Assembly (NCBI GenBank): GCA_015680685.1
Contig: MNCI01000668.1
Coordinates: forward strand, 292,049-356,048
Reading direction: 5' to 3'
Origin: Gnetum montanum
Lineage: Eukaryota; Plantae; Gnetophyta
Length of the DNA: 64,000 bases
Shown: one piece after another, positions 9,920 to 21,375 of the stretch
Position numbering within the stretch: the stretch's first letter is position 1
Layout of the letters: each line of letters begins with the position of its first letter
Notes under the pieces: generated by a model
Told to the model about the DNA's origin: nothing
Seen by the model: only the letters and a program-made list of their open reading frames with translations
Database searches by the model: none
Made by a program: the position numbers and the translations under genes

Positions 9920-12900
9920 ATGGAAGCAAAACAAGGCTATGAACTTATCCATTATAATGAATGGGAGTATATCCCCTCCTCACTTGACATCATCCCACTC
10001 ACAGAGCCTTACCATTGGATGTTAGCCTAGCTCATCTAAACAAGTGAGCATGAAGTAGGGATAGACTATGAAGAACCCCTATAGGAAGAGGAGGATGAGT
10101 TTGAAGCTTGCTCCAAGCAGAAGGACTCCTTCCATACCATATTCTAGTGAGCAGCCCCTAAATTGGCTCTTTCATAGTCCTATTCACCTATTCTTGTTCA
10201 AACAGTCCTAGCATCGACATCACCATCTAGGTCAATGTTCATTATAATAATGCACCAGACACATCTTGATGCACTAGTTGCTTTTAGCTTGCCCTTTGTG
10301 GCATCACTGCCACCCATCCAGCCATCACTACCCACTACAACTACATCAACTCAATCACACTTCCATGCAAGGTTCATCTCTAGGCCCTATGTGACTTAGG
10401 CACCCTACATCTTGCTTGTCTTGTTAGCACCCATAGCGTTAGCCCAAGCCATGTATGCATTACCTACCCTAATCACCATCCCTATAACACAGCCTACACA
10501 TCAAGCCTATTCAGTGATTTTACAATCCACAACTAGGTCATGGACTACATAGTTAGTCCAACAACAAGTCGCACAACCAACACAACTTGCTAGAATGTGT
10601 CACAACTTAGACTAGGCATTCTAGATGATTCAAAGCCTCATGGAAGAGGGGAAGCGCTTAAGGCCACCTCCTCCAAAACCATCAAAGTGTTTGACTTTTA
10701 TCAAGACAACCCTATTAGTCTTGTCATCCCATCACTAACTCTCCCAGTCGAGGTCCCACTACCTTAATTCAAAAAATAGAATAATGAGGGGGGATTCCAA
10801 TGCACATCTAGTTACATTTAGGTTAGAGTGTTTGCTATTGCAGGCATGGTCACATGCCTTCATATGCATATTTGCTATGTCACTCACTAGCAAGGCACTA
10901 AACTAATACTACGCATTACCCAGAAGCTTTATCTCCTATTTGGAAAATCTCCTGAGCTACTTTATAATGTGCTTCAAGTACAACTTGAAGCCAAAAACCA
11001 CCTTGGACCAACTTATGCAAGTCAAGTAGGACCACTTAGAGCCTGTACAAAAATTTATCCAATGCTAGAGCACCTCGTTAAACCAAATATGAGAGCCAAT
11101 AGCCAAAACACCTCCTAGCCATATTTAAGGGTGTAGTTAATGATTTCATAAAGTCAAAACTATACTACTTAGGCTCACAATCTCTAAGCCAAGCCTTTAC
11201 CTAGACCAAGAGCATACAAGATGTGGTAGAAGCTAGGAAGAACCTAGCCTATGTGGCCTACAAAAATATGCATGCAAAGAAGGACAAAGATAAAGGAAAG
11301 CAAATTGCAATGGTGGAAACTATGGCCAAAGTGGCTAAAACAACCAACTGGAGGCCAACGACTAGGTAGCTTAGAGCCCTGGCTAACAACAAAGCCACCA
11401 ACCCTAGCATTTTGGCCATAATGCAAGCTACTTGAAGGCCTAAATTTGAGTGTAAAAATTGCTCCAAGTACACCCTACTGCCATTAAAACCTTCAAAACT
11501 ATTAGAGTAACTGCTGAAGTCTAGACATATCCAGTACAAGAAAATGCCTAAAGATGCTAACAAAAGACATGATAGATATTGCAAGTTACTAAGGAATCCT
11601 ACGTTGATCTCACCAAATGAGCCCTTGGTCTTGAAACACTTTAAATTGGATCGATTTTGTCACTATCACCAACTACCTGGTCACAACACCAATTTTTGCA
11701 TAGCCCTGCAGGATGATCTCCAAAGAATGATTGAAAAAGGTGAGCTGGTACTTGATGCTGCTAATCTAGTTAAACCTCAGAACCAATCTATGAGGGTGTA
11801 CAACGACCCTCTAAACATGGACGATGCTAGATATGTCATAAACACTATCAACATCGATGACAACCTAAAACGAATGCAGTGGCCATTCATGATCTGTGTG
11901 CCCTCTAGTAGTGCAAGAGTCTCCTTAGCCCCTACAAGATCAAGGCCCCCTTTCATCATCAAAGTGTCACCTCAAGCACCCATAATGCCCTTCATGGTTA
12001 GGATCTCATAACATGTTACAACAACAACAGTTCAACCACCTTTTTTCATTAGGGTGTCACAACATGCTAACTCCTCACCTACCCGAAGCTTGGTAGTGGG
12101 CAATGCATCAATCCCTGCCCATCCAAGAGCTAACTCCACTAGCAACATGGGTGGATTCCCCAAGTGGCAACACAAGAGGCCTACCAAGCATCTCATAGAC
12201 CAAATGGTTAGGCAATGTCAAGTCCAAGGAGTGCTAGGTCCACCAAGTCCGGTACCCATATCAGCAGTCCCCATGACTAAGGAAACTAGATAGCCCATGA
12301 CCAGCACATCACAACCAAGCATTGAGGTCCCTACACAAGCCAAGCCAACAAAGCCTAAGTTGCCTCCACAAGAGATCCATCTCTTAGGGCATATGAAAGA
12401 AGTCAAGGCCAATAAAAACATGGCTAATGGTAGAGACCTTGTAGACACATTAGCTTGTATGACCTAATCATAACCTTATCTACCCACCATGAAGCATTGG
12501 TGTGGATGTTGACCTCCATTCTTATCACAGAGGACATCCCTATAGATGAGAACTCCATCCATGTAGGGATGTTACCTCTTGCACCACAAGAATCGAGCTC
12601 CACATCTCTAGCATTTCATGATGAAGCAATTAAGGTCAACCTTGAGAAGGGTGAGGTCATAGCAGCATCTATGTTCATCACCATACGTGTAAAGCAATGA
12701 AATATTCAAAAAGTGCACATTGAAAATGGGGCAGCAATAAATGTTACCCCATACACCATCATTGATAAACTAGGCCTCACAAACCAAATCAAGCCAACGA
12801 AAACCACATGCCTGAAGTCCTTTAATGGATCATGCGTTATCATTAGGGGTACTGTCACAATAGCCTTTGTGGCAGGGGAGTAATTCTCCATCACTGCTGA

Positions 12901-13345
12901 ATTCATCATCGTAGAGGAAGTGCCAGGCTTTAACTTAATTTTGGATAGGTCATGATTGGCTCGATTACAAGTTGTTTCCTCTCTGATCTACCAAGAAATC
13001 CACCTTCCATATGAAGGTGGCAAAGTTATCATCCATGGTAATAACATAGCCCATTTGGCCATCAACAACATTGATACAAAGCAAGGGTCAAAGATGGAAT
13101 TCCCTAGACACACGTCTGCAATAAAGGATGATAATGACACACATGAGGCTGACATACTCGAAAAGACAGAAAAAGCTGGGACCTACCAGAAGATGCATTG
13201 TGGGTAGAATTGCCTTTCAATGTAGCAAGCAAGGGTCAAGGAGACTACCGAATAGTGCAATCTAAGCCGTATGTGACTCCTAACCCACACCAAATTAGGA
13301 AGCAACTACACAACTAAGGTACCTCCTTAGCCCAAAATGCACTAG
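9920..13345 (+). pseudogene. E2 gag-aspartic protease polyprotein, decayed
   Basis: ATGGAAGC start shared with E3/E4. Gag zinc knuckle FCHYHQLPGHNTNFCIALQDDLQRMIEKGEL (ORF 11544-12011). Protease KVHIENGAAINV...FNLILDRS*L..LQVVSSLIYQEIHLPYEGGKVIIHG. Confidence 0.9.
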
Positions 13346-13589
13346 GTGCCTACCTACTCTTTACTCCTACACTCCATGTATTATACCTTTTTGCTTATAC
13401 CACATTTGTTTATGCATTTACATTTAGCCTAATTGCTTAGATTACGCATCATTTCACTTTGTTTATGCATTTATTTATTTTGTTTACACATTCATCTACT
13501 TAGTTTATTCACTCACTTGGTTGGTTCATAAAAAAACATCAAAATGCATAAAAATCATAAAAGCCAAAACTACAAAAAGATATAGCAAC

Positions 13590-13940
13590 ATACTAGGCCT
13601 AGAATGGCCTTAAACTACCATCGTAGCCTAGAATGACCTAAAACTATCACTTTTAATTCTATCCTTGCGGCCCACCATGGCCTTAAACTAGCAACATCCT
13701 AGCCTAGGATGGCCCTAAACTAGCAATGTTGTGACCTGGAATGGCCTAAAACTATCACTATAGCCTGAAATGGCCTTAAACTAGCAACACATATGACCCG
13801 AAATGGCCTTAAACTAATGATGCACGTAGCCCCAAATGGCCTTAAACTAACAATGCTATGGTCCAAAACAGTCTAAAAAAACTAGCATCAACACCCTCCT
13901 CCCCCCCCCATGATCTACCAAGACCTTAAACTAGTCCGTA
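13590..13940 (+). repeat. E2 internal tandem array GGCC-N-ATGGCCTTAAACTAGC
   Basis: About ten units of ~30 bp, homologous to 4570-4880. Confidence 0.85.
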
Positions 13941-15108
13941 GTTAGCCACTGATCCTCCCGTAAGCTAGAGAGTGAGCATCACCCTTTCCTCCCTTCTACA
14001 TCACATGGGCAAGCATGGTACAATCCCAAAATGGAGCACCTACCACTAGCGTAGCCTTTGGAACACTTGTAGCATCTTTTCCCCCCTGCATTTTACTAGC
14101 TTTTTAAACACTTGCAATGGACATAGCCTTTGGAGCACTTGCAGCATCTTTGCCTCCTATAATTTTTTGGCATTTATTTTATCTTGTGTGATTTTCTTAT
14201 CTTCTCAGAGTTGTGTTTGCAGGACGAAGCCCTAATTCATCATGCAAAGGTGCATCTCATCGTAGTGGCAAGTCATCACATTGCTCCAATGTGCATGCCT
14301 AGACTAGCTAAACCTCTCAAGAGTGCACATCCCCCTCATCCCATTATAGCTTACACACATCTACCCCTATATCCCAATACCCCCTCATGCCTTTCATAGC
14401 AAAGATTACAAACCCTTTGACATTCATGTGTTGTGACCACATGGCATTCTTTTCATGTTAAACTGCAAAACTGAAGATGGATGTAACACAAGTCATCTTG
14501 TAGAAAGTCTCTGTTGATCAGTCAAAGCCCAAGGAGATGTAACACAAGTCATCCTAGGGAGAAAACACCTGTCGAATAGATGTGACATGGTTTCACAAAC
14601 ATCAATGCAAAGCCCATCTAATGACCTGCAACTCACTCGATGGAAGGTACCTCGCAGTAAGCATTTAGCAACATGTAGAGCCCAAAGTAGGCTCATCCCA
14701 TAGGAAAAGAAAGGGATAGGAAAAGTTCCCAAGCAACCCAATAATGTTGCAATTTCATAACTGGTCCAGCCCTGAATCCACACTGACTCTCTCATGAACA
14801 CTTTGATGATAGGTCAATGTTTTTAAGGGCAAGGCATTCTAGTGCCATGATTACCATCAAGCTATGACGTCATAATACCTTGTTTGCACCTTATCTTTCC
14901 CTTTTATTCCCAGCACATCACCTATGCCTTCTCTCACTTTTCACCTACCATCTAGCATACCACTATACATAGGACTCTTAAGCATGGTGTAGTGACATTC
15001 AATTAGGTACTAAAGAGCAATGTTGGTGCCATGCCTGCTATGGTGTTTTTTTGTTCTTTGTCAACATCTCTCAAGCCAATCCTCCAAACGTCAATAAAGA
15101 GGGGCCAA

Positions 15109-16719
15109 TGAAACACCACTAAATCCAGACTATAGCTTCTTGACTACAAATTTGACTAAGTGTTGAGACTACGATCAACCCCAATTAGGAGCATAGTCAA
15201 CCTTTAGTGGTAAGTGTAGTCAACACAAAAGCCATTTTTGCAATTTTTTCTAAGTGTTAGCATGAAGCCAGTTGCAGCAAATTTTTCGAAGTGTTGGGAC
15301 TACACTCTCCACTACCGTAAAGCATAGTTAGCCTTTCATGGAGAGTGTAGTCAACATGAAGGCCCAGTTTTTGCAGATTTTTCAAAATGTTGAGACTACA
15401 CTCTCCCCCAGCCCAAAGCATAGTTAAGCGTAGTCAATCGGAAGCCAGTTTCCACAAGTTTTAACAAGTGATAAGACTATGCTCAGCCCCAGTCGGGAGT
15501 GTAGTCAACCTCCAGTAGAGAGCGTAGTTAGCACATGGCCATTTTTGCATTTTTTTTCTAAGTATGGGACTACACACTCCCCTAGTCTAGAACATAGTCA
15601 AGTGTAGTCAACCAAAACAGTCTCCAACGGCCTCCACAACACAGGACCGATACTTAGCTTAGCTCCAACTCATCTTTGGCAATTGTAGTTAGCAAAATGC
15701 TTCTTTCTGTATCCCCTTTTTTGTCTCAAAATTATAGTTATGCTTAACCCCATACAAGACAGTGGAAAGCGTAGTCCTGGAGAGTAATCTCCAAAATTGC
15801 ATTTTTCTAGGTACCTTGCAATCTTCTTGGCACACACATGCAATTGTCAGCATAGTCACAGTCTCATAGTCTTGTAGAGTCTAGTAGAGCACAATAGGGC
15901 ACAACACCACCAGCCCAGTGAAGAGCATAGTTGGGTGACAATGTAGCCCCAATTGTCCCCTCTACCACGTGGTAGCCATCCTGCATTTTGCGCTAAACCT
16001 AGGCCTATAAATACCCCCACCCTCAACATTTTCAGGGTTGGCAAATTTCAGAGTTCATGAATTAGCAAACCAGAGGCTTGGTGAATAAAGAGCGCTTGGG
16101 AGAGAACCAAAGGAATATTGGCAAAGTTGTAGACCATTGCAACCCACCATAGCCCACCAGAACACCGCAGTTGATAGTACACCATGGCAACCAACTTGAT
16201 AAGCACAAACACCTTAACAGAATGCGACTCTTTGTGGCCAGACACCCTGGGACTATGACTTCACTGTCCATTGCACCTATTGCACATTGTGTACCTCCTA
16301 ACCCCTTTTTGTGTTAGCTATGCTCAACCCCATTTAGGGTGGTGTTCTATTTCTCTCTCTTTCTCTTTGCATTTTTAGCATTTTACTTACATTTTTCACT
16401 GTGTTATCACATAGCTACACTTGAAACCATGCTTGGGAGGTGGTCCTTGCATGTTGCCATCCTTATTTTCACCAAAAAACTTGACTATGCTCAACACTAT
16501 TAATACTATTGACACCACCTGAACACTTAGCACCGTTTCGCATCAGCATCATCGCTAACCACGCTGCACCCTGGTTACATCTGGTAAGTCCCTATTCGAT
16601 TAACAAGACCATTTAGGACACCTGATCTCTGCCTCCAATAGACCCTCACATGGACTTGGGATTAGGCTTTGTGCCCGTCAACCTCAATGTTCTAACTGCT
16701 GACATTTTTAGTTGCTACA
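15109..16719 (+). repeat. E2 3' LTR (1611 bp)
   Basis: TG...CA termini, preceded by the PPT; palindromic U3 arrays. Confidence 0.9.
15962..16013 (+). promoter_or_regulatory. LTR promoter: G-box palindrome CTACCACGTGGTAG plus TATA box TATAAATA
   Basis: Intact CACGTG at 15966-15971 and TATAAATA at 16006-16013. The other LTR copies have the decayed form (CCACATGG/CCACATAG) at about the same spacing. Confidence 0.6.
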
Positions 16720-16984
16720 CGACTATGTGTTGTTTGTCCCACTACCACTACATGTCATTCTCTTTTTCATAGCAGCTACAATCCTTATTCATGCATTGTC
16801 ATCATACAAACCCTTACCTAGCATTTGCACTATTCTCTATATTTTCCATTACCTAGCTACCATTAACACCACTCATGCCTATGTTTCTTACTTCTCCATT
16901 GCTATCACCTTTTCTTTTACTATCGCTGAAAAATCTACCATAATTTTTAGCAACCCATGGTATCTGCAAATATTGTCAATGATG

Positions 16985-17317
16985 AGAAAACATGCATCCT
17001 TTATCATGTTGTGGACACCATCGATGTTGGAAAAACCTACCTACTTTGACATGCTACACATAGTGTTGACATTAAAAAAACCTGCCTCCTTCAGTAATCC
17101 ATGGATACTATTCATGCCAAAAAAAACTTGCCTCCTCTAGCAACCCACGAACACTGTCGACATTGGAAAAACCTACCTCCTTCAACATTCCATGGACATC
17201 ACTAGCACTAGAAAACATGCCTCATTTAACAACATGCAAATACTATTGGCACCAAAAGAACCTGCCTTCTTTCACATGTGGTGGATACCACTAGCACCTC
17301 AAAAAATCTACCTTCTT
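16985..17317 (+). repeat. ~45-bp tandem repeat, about 8 units
   Basis: Unit approx. AAAAACCTGCCTCCTTC..CAACCCATGGACAC..TCGAC.TTGG. Confidence 0.75.
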
Positions 17318-17339
17318 AGGTAGTTTCCACAATCAAAAT

Positions 17340-18113
17340 ATTACCATTAGTTGATAGAAAATTTTACAAACATTGAAATAAATTTTTAAACCCATCAAAT
17401 AACAAAAAATTTGAAATTGATATTTAGGCAAGAAAAGTTTAAATCTTAGAAAGCTGTGGAATTTGACAATTAATTAAAATTCACATTCTAGTAGTGTGTG
17501 AGATAAAAGTTCTATAATTAAACATGCTCATTGTATGTCCTCATTCCCAAATGCTGCCACTGCATAACAAGGATAGTGTCTATTCATAACTAATCTTGAG
17601 ATTAGTATAACAAGATCCAAAAGAGGTAGTTGTAATTAAGACCCAAAAGGACATGTTGTAATAATAAATGTATCTCTTGAGATGACCTTTTATACCCAGA
17701 CATTAGAAGTTGTATTAGCATAGAGTTGTGGAGTTATTAAAGGTAAGTAATAGGAGCCAGGTGAAGTGAGATAGAAAAAGGACTAGCCATCCCTTCTAGC
17801 CAGTTGTAAGCCTAACCATGGTTGAAGTGCTAGGTAGCCTCTAAGGTATAGATGTCAAAGGAAGATAATTCCAAGAAACTCTCAAAGCATGAACTAGATA
17901 CACTATTCCACATTAATAAATCATTCTTCCCTTTTTTTCTACATTTTCCCTATTATTTTCTTTATGCATAATGTCAAATGTTACACATATTTGACATTAC
18001 TACATTATTTTCTTATGCATAATATCTAATTTAAAAGATCGATTAGAGGTTTGGAAATATCTTTTATCTCTACATAAAGATCCTTGGATTATTGGAGGTG
18101 ATTTTAAAATGGT
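17340..18113 (+). mobile_element. Degenerate L1-type LINE fragment (endonuclease region), cut by an Athila LTR
   Basis: 18036-18113 translates DRLEVWKYLLSLHKDPWIIGGDFKMV, the APE endonuclease PW...GDFN motif. The upstream boundary is uncertain. Confidence 0.6.
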
Positions 18114-19735
18114 TGATGAGCGACAAGGTACCCCTACACTCAACCATACAAATCATAAGTGTTTACACACGATCTGGTTGAATGCCATTGATGGGACTAG
18201 TTATGGTATCTGGATCGTTATGCTACTGTCTTCCCACTTAGACTAGTGGTAGCTTTGTCACGTATGATTTTGTCCAAGGTGAGCCATATGATGTTGCTCC
18301 TAATTCTACACTACTCCTAATGGCAATAAAAAGATGAATTAATTAGACTAATGAATAATGGAAAATGAGATCTAAACTAGCCTATGGACAATGAGTATCT
18401 ACATTTAATCATCCATACATGTCTTGGACTTTGTGAAACAACTTCTAGGATTGACAAGTGTACGTCACTGGTTGTGCCAAACTATACACCTTTGGATTAC
18501 CAAGTATTTACACTTAAATGCTTGTGATTAAAGCATACACATTTTGCTTAATAACAGAAATAGTAAATAACAATACATGGAAATATTTAACTAAAGAAAG
18601 TAGTAAATAATTAAGGCAACAATAATCTAAGTGGATGCTACAATGATGGAAGTAATCTTAATCTTTATTGCCGGTCATGCAACATGTCCAAGTACATCAC
18701 ACTCGAACAAAGGTGTCATATGATTAAAAACATCACACTGTGGGCATGCATTAGGAATAATAGACTTTAAAAGAAGAGAAACTAAAAACTAACTTGAAAA
18801 CTATCTACTGACTATCAACCACTTACTACTTGTCTCATCTGAGCACCACAACACCATATTTATAGGTGATATTCAAATGAGGCAACGTCAGGTATCAAAA
18901 ATTGCTTATTAGCTCCAACATTGGGTACATAATGTCAGGGCTCTAACATCATGTATTTGATATTAGGGCCTTACAATGATGTCTCATCATACCCCCACAA
19001 CTAAACAAAAACTCATTCTTGAGTTAAACAAAAAGAGAAACAAGTTCTTTATAAAATATTGATAGGTATGGGATTATTAATTGACTCAATAATGACAAGA
19101 TTCTTGCATGCCATAGTGGTGTAGCACAAAAATGGAACACATTATTACAAAAATAAAATAAAAACTAGGAAGCTCATGTAGTACCTGGAGGTGGTGGCTC
19201 TTCTATCGACTGCTTCCCTTTGTCGCCAAGTCATTGAAACTTGTATCAATTACGCAAGGCCTACAATTCTTCCTCCATCCTTGGGTCATGCACTATCTAG
19301 GATACTATGTTCATGTGTGCTAGCACCAGTACATCCCAAGGATATGGCAATTGAAAAAACATTTAATTTGCTTTTATGTACCATGCTGCAAACTACCATT
19401 GTTCCTCCTTGAAAGCCCTAGATTTATCTTTGATCTCATGATAATTCATCAATCTATGAGCCAGGTTCAAGGCTACATCTTTCTATCCCTAATAACTAGC
19501 TTTGACCACCTCCAACTCTAAGTTTGCCATCTACAACTTTTGAAAAGCATCTTTTTAATCCACAAACTCTTTTTCATACAATGCATAGGTGTTCGCCACT
19601 TGTTTTTCTAGCCTACTTTAGGGAAGACCCACTGTTAACATGGTAAGGTTTGCATATCTAAGGTTAGCCAACGCCACGTACTCTTTTAAATCCTCTATCT
19701 GCAAGTTTTGTTTTTTGACTTCTACTTGTTGGACC
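18114..19735 (-). mobile_element. Athila-like 3' remnant: 3' LTR (18114-18989), PPT and end of extra ORF
   Basis: LTR bounded by TGATGAG...CTCATCA; start homologous to 46485 and 53309. PPT (TACCCCC on +) at 18990. 19170-19735 is homologous in translation to ~33295-33900. Confidence 0.8.
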
Positions 19736-21375
19736 ATATCCAACCTTCAATAGTTGGTCCAGTAGTTCCAAAGGTTTAAGGGGTAGTGGGGTATACTTTG
19801 AGTGATCCTTATGCTCAAAGTTGGGCCTTAGAGCCACTTACATTGTTGTCGTTGATGATGAAGGTTGGCTAGTTGTTGCACTAGAGTAGGTAGTCTTATT
19901 ATTGGCTAGGGACTTGGGTGGCCTAGCTTTTGGCTTTGGATTAGTTGTTTTGGTCTCGTTGGCCACAGTTACCATGATTGTAGTTTGTTTGCCCTTGTCC
20001 TTATCCTTTTTGATGTGTAAGTTCTTATAGGCCATGTAGGTTGGGTCCTTGATGGCTTATGCTACATCTTGTATTCTTTTTGTTTGAACAAAGGCCTAGC
20101 TTAGGGATTGTAGGGGAAAGTAGTATATTTTTTACTTAAGAAAGTCATTGAATACATCCTTAAAGATGGCTAGAAGGTGTGTTTCTACTATAGGCTCACA
20201 AATTTCGTTTAGTGATGTGCTCCAATGTTGGATAAATTTCTGCATGGGATCTAGATGGCCCTGCTTGCTTTGCATGAGTTGGCCAAGGGTAGTTTTGGGC
20301 TTTAAGTTATACTTGAAGCACATGATGAAATAACTTAGCAGATCCTCCAAAGAGGAGATTAAGGCCCTGGGTAATGCCTAGTACCAGTCAAGTGCCTTAC
20401 TGGTGAGTGACATGATGAAGATACATATGATGGCATGTGGCCATGCCTATAGTAATAAGAACTTAGCATGAAAGGTCACGGGTGTGCATTAGGATTCCCT
20501 TCATCATTGTACTTGGTGAAGTGAGGAAGCAGGATCCTTTTTGGAAGAGTTAGTGGTGGAATAGCAAGACTTATGGGATCATCTTAGTAGAAGTCCACCC
20601 TATGAACCATTTTAGAGGAGGCAGCCTTGAGCCGCCTAACCTCTTATATTAAGGTTTAGATTAATTGGAATGTCTAATTAAAGCCTTGGGATGCAGCAGT
20701 GGGTTGTGTCAATTGTGCTACCCATTGTGCTAGTTGCATGGTCTATGACTTGGCTACAAGTTGTGGGGCCATGTGAGATGCTTGCTGCATTGGTTGTAAC
20801 ATAGGCATAGTGGCTGGGGCTAACCATGTGTGTGTGGGTTGGATTACCATAAAGGGTGCTAATGAGACAGGTAGGACGTAAGATGCTTGAGTCATTCGTG
20901 GTTGAGGGATATGCATGGTGTGCATGTAGGGTTGTGTAGGCATGATGGTTGCTAGTAGATATGATTGAGCAAGTTGGGAAAATTCCATAAAGGGAAAGTT
21001 TACTGGAGGTATTGCATCTTAACATGTGTACTGCATTTGGTGGATCACCATCACAGATGTTGACCTAGTAGGTAACACTGGATCTATGACTATCTTCAGG
21101 AAGATAGGTGGATGGGACTATGGGAAGACTTGACTAGGGGTTGTCCTCTAGAAGGAGGTATGAAAAGAGTCCTCATGCTCGGAATGAGCCTCAAACTCAT
21201 CTTGATCTTCTTGTAGGGGCTCCTCATAATCTATCTCCACTTCACACTCATCTGTTCGAATGGGCTGGGCTAGGATCCACCAAGAGGATTTGGTAAGTAG
21301 GATGAAGTCAATGGAGGAAAAGATGTACTCTTGTTCATTTCAGTGGATGAGTTTGTATCCCCACTTGGCTTCCAT
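19736..21375 (-). pseudogene. E3 gag, decayed and truncated
   Basis: Homologous to E2 9920-11530. Confidence 0.8.

Larger units (their letters stand above)
8353..16719 (+). mobile_element. E2: same Tat/Ogre-like gag-protease-only family; 5' LTR interrupted by E1
   Basis: 8353-9265 aligns with ~15818-16719. PBS 9271-9287. PPT AAAGAGGGGCCAA ending at 15108. 3' LTR TGAAACACCA...GTTGCTACA 15109-16719. Confidence 0.9.

Noticed and set aside
14184-14399. Short ORF similar to 5506-5715 (HLIVVASHH...PLKSAHP)
   Set aside because: Similarity is explained by DNA homology of E1 and E2; starts and stops are not shared.
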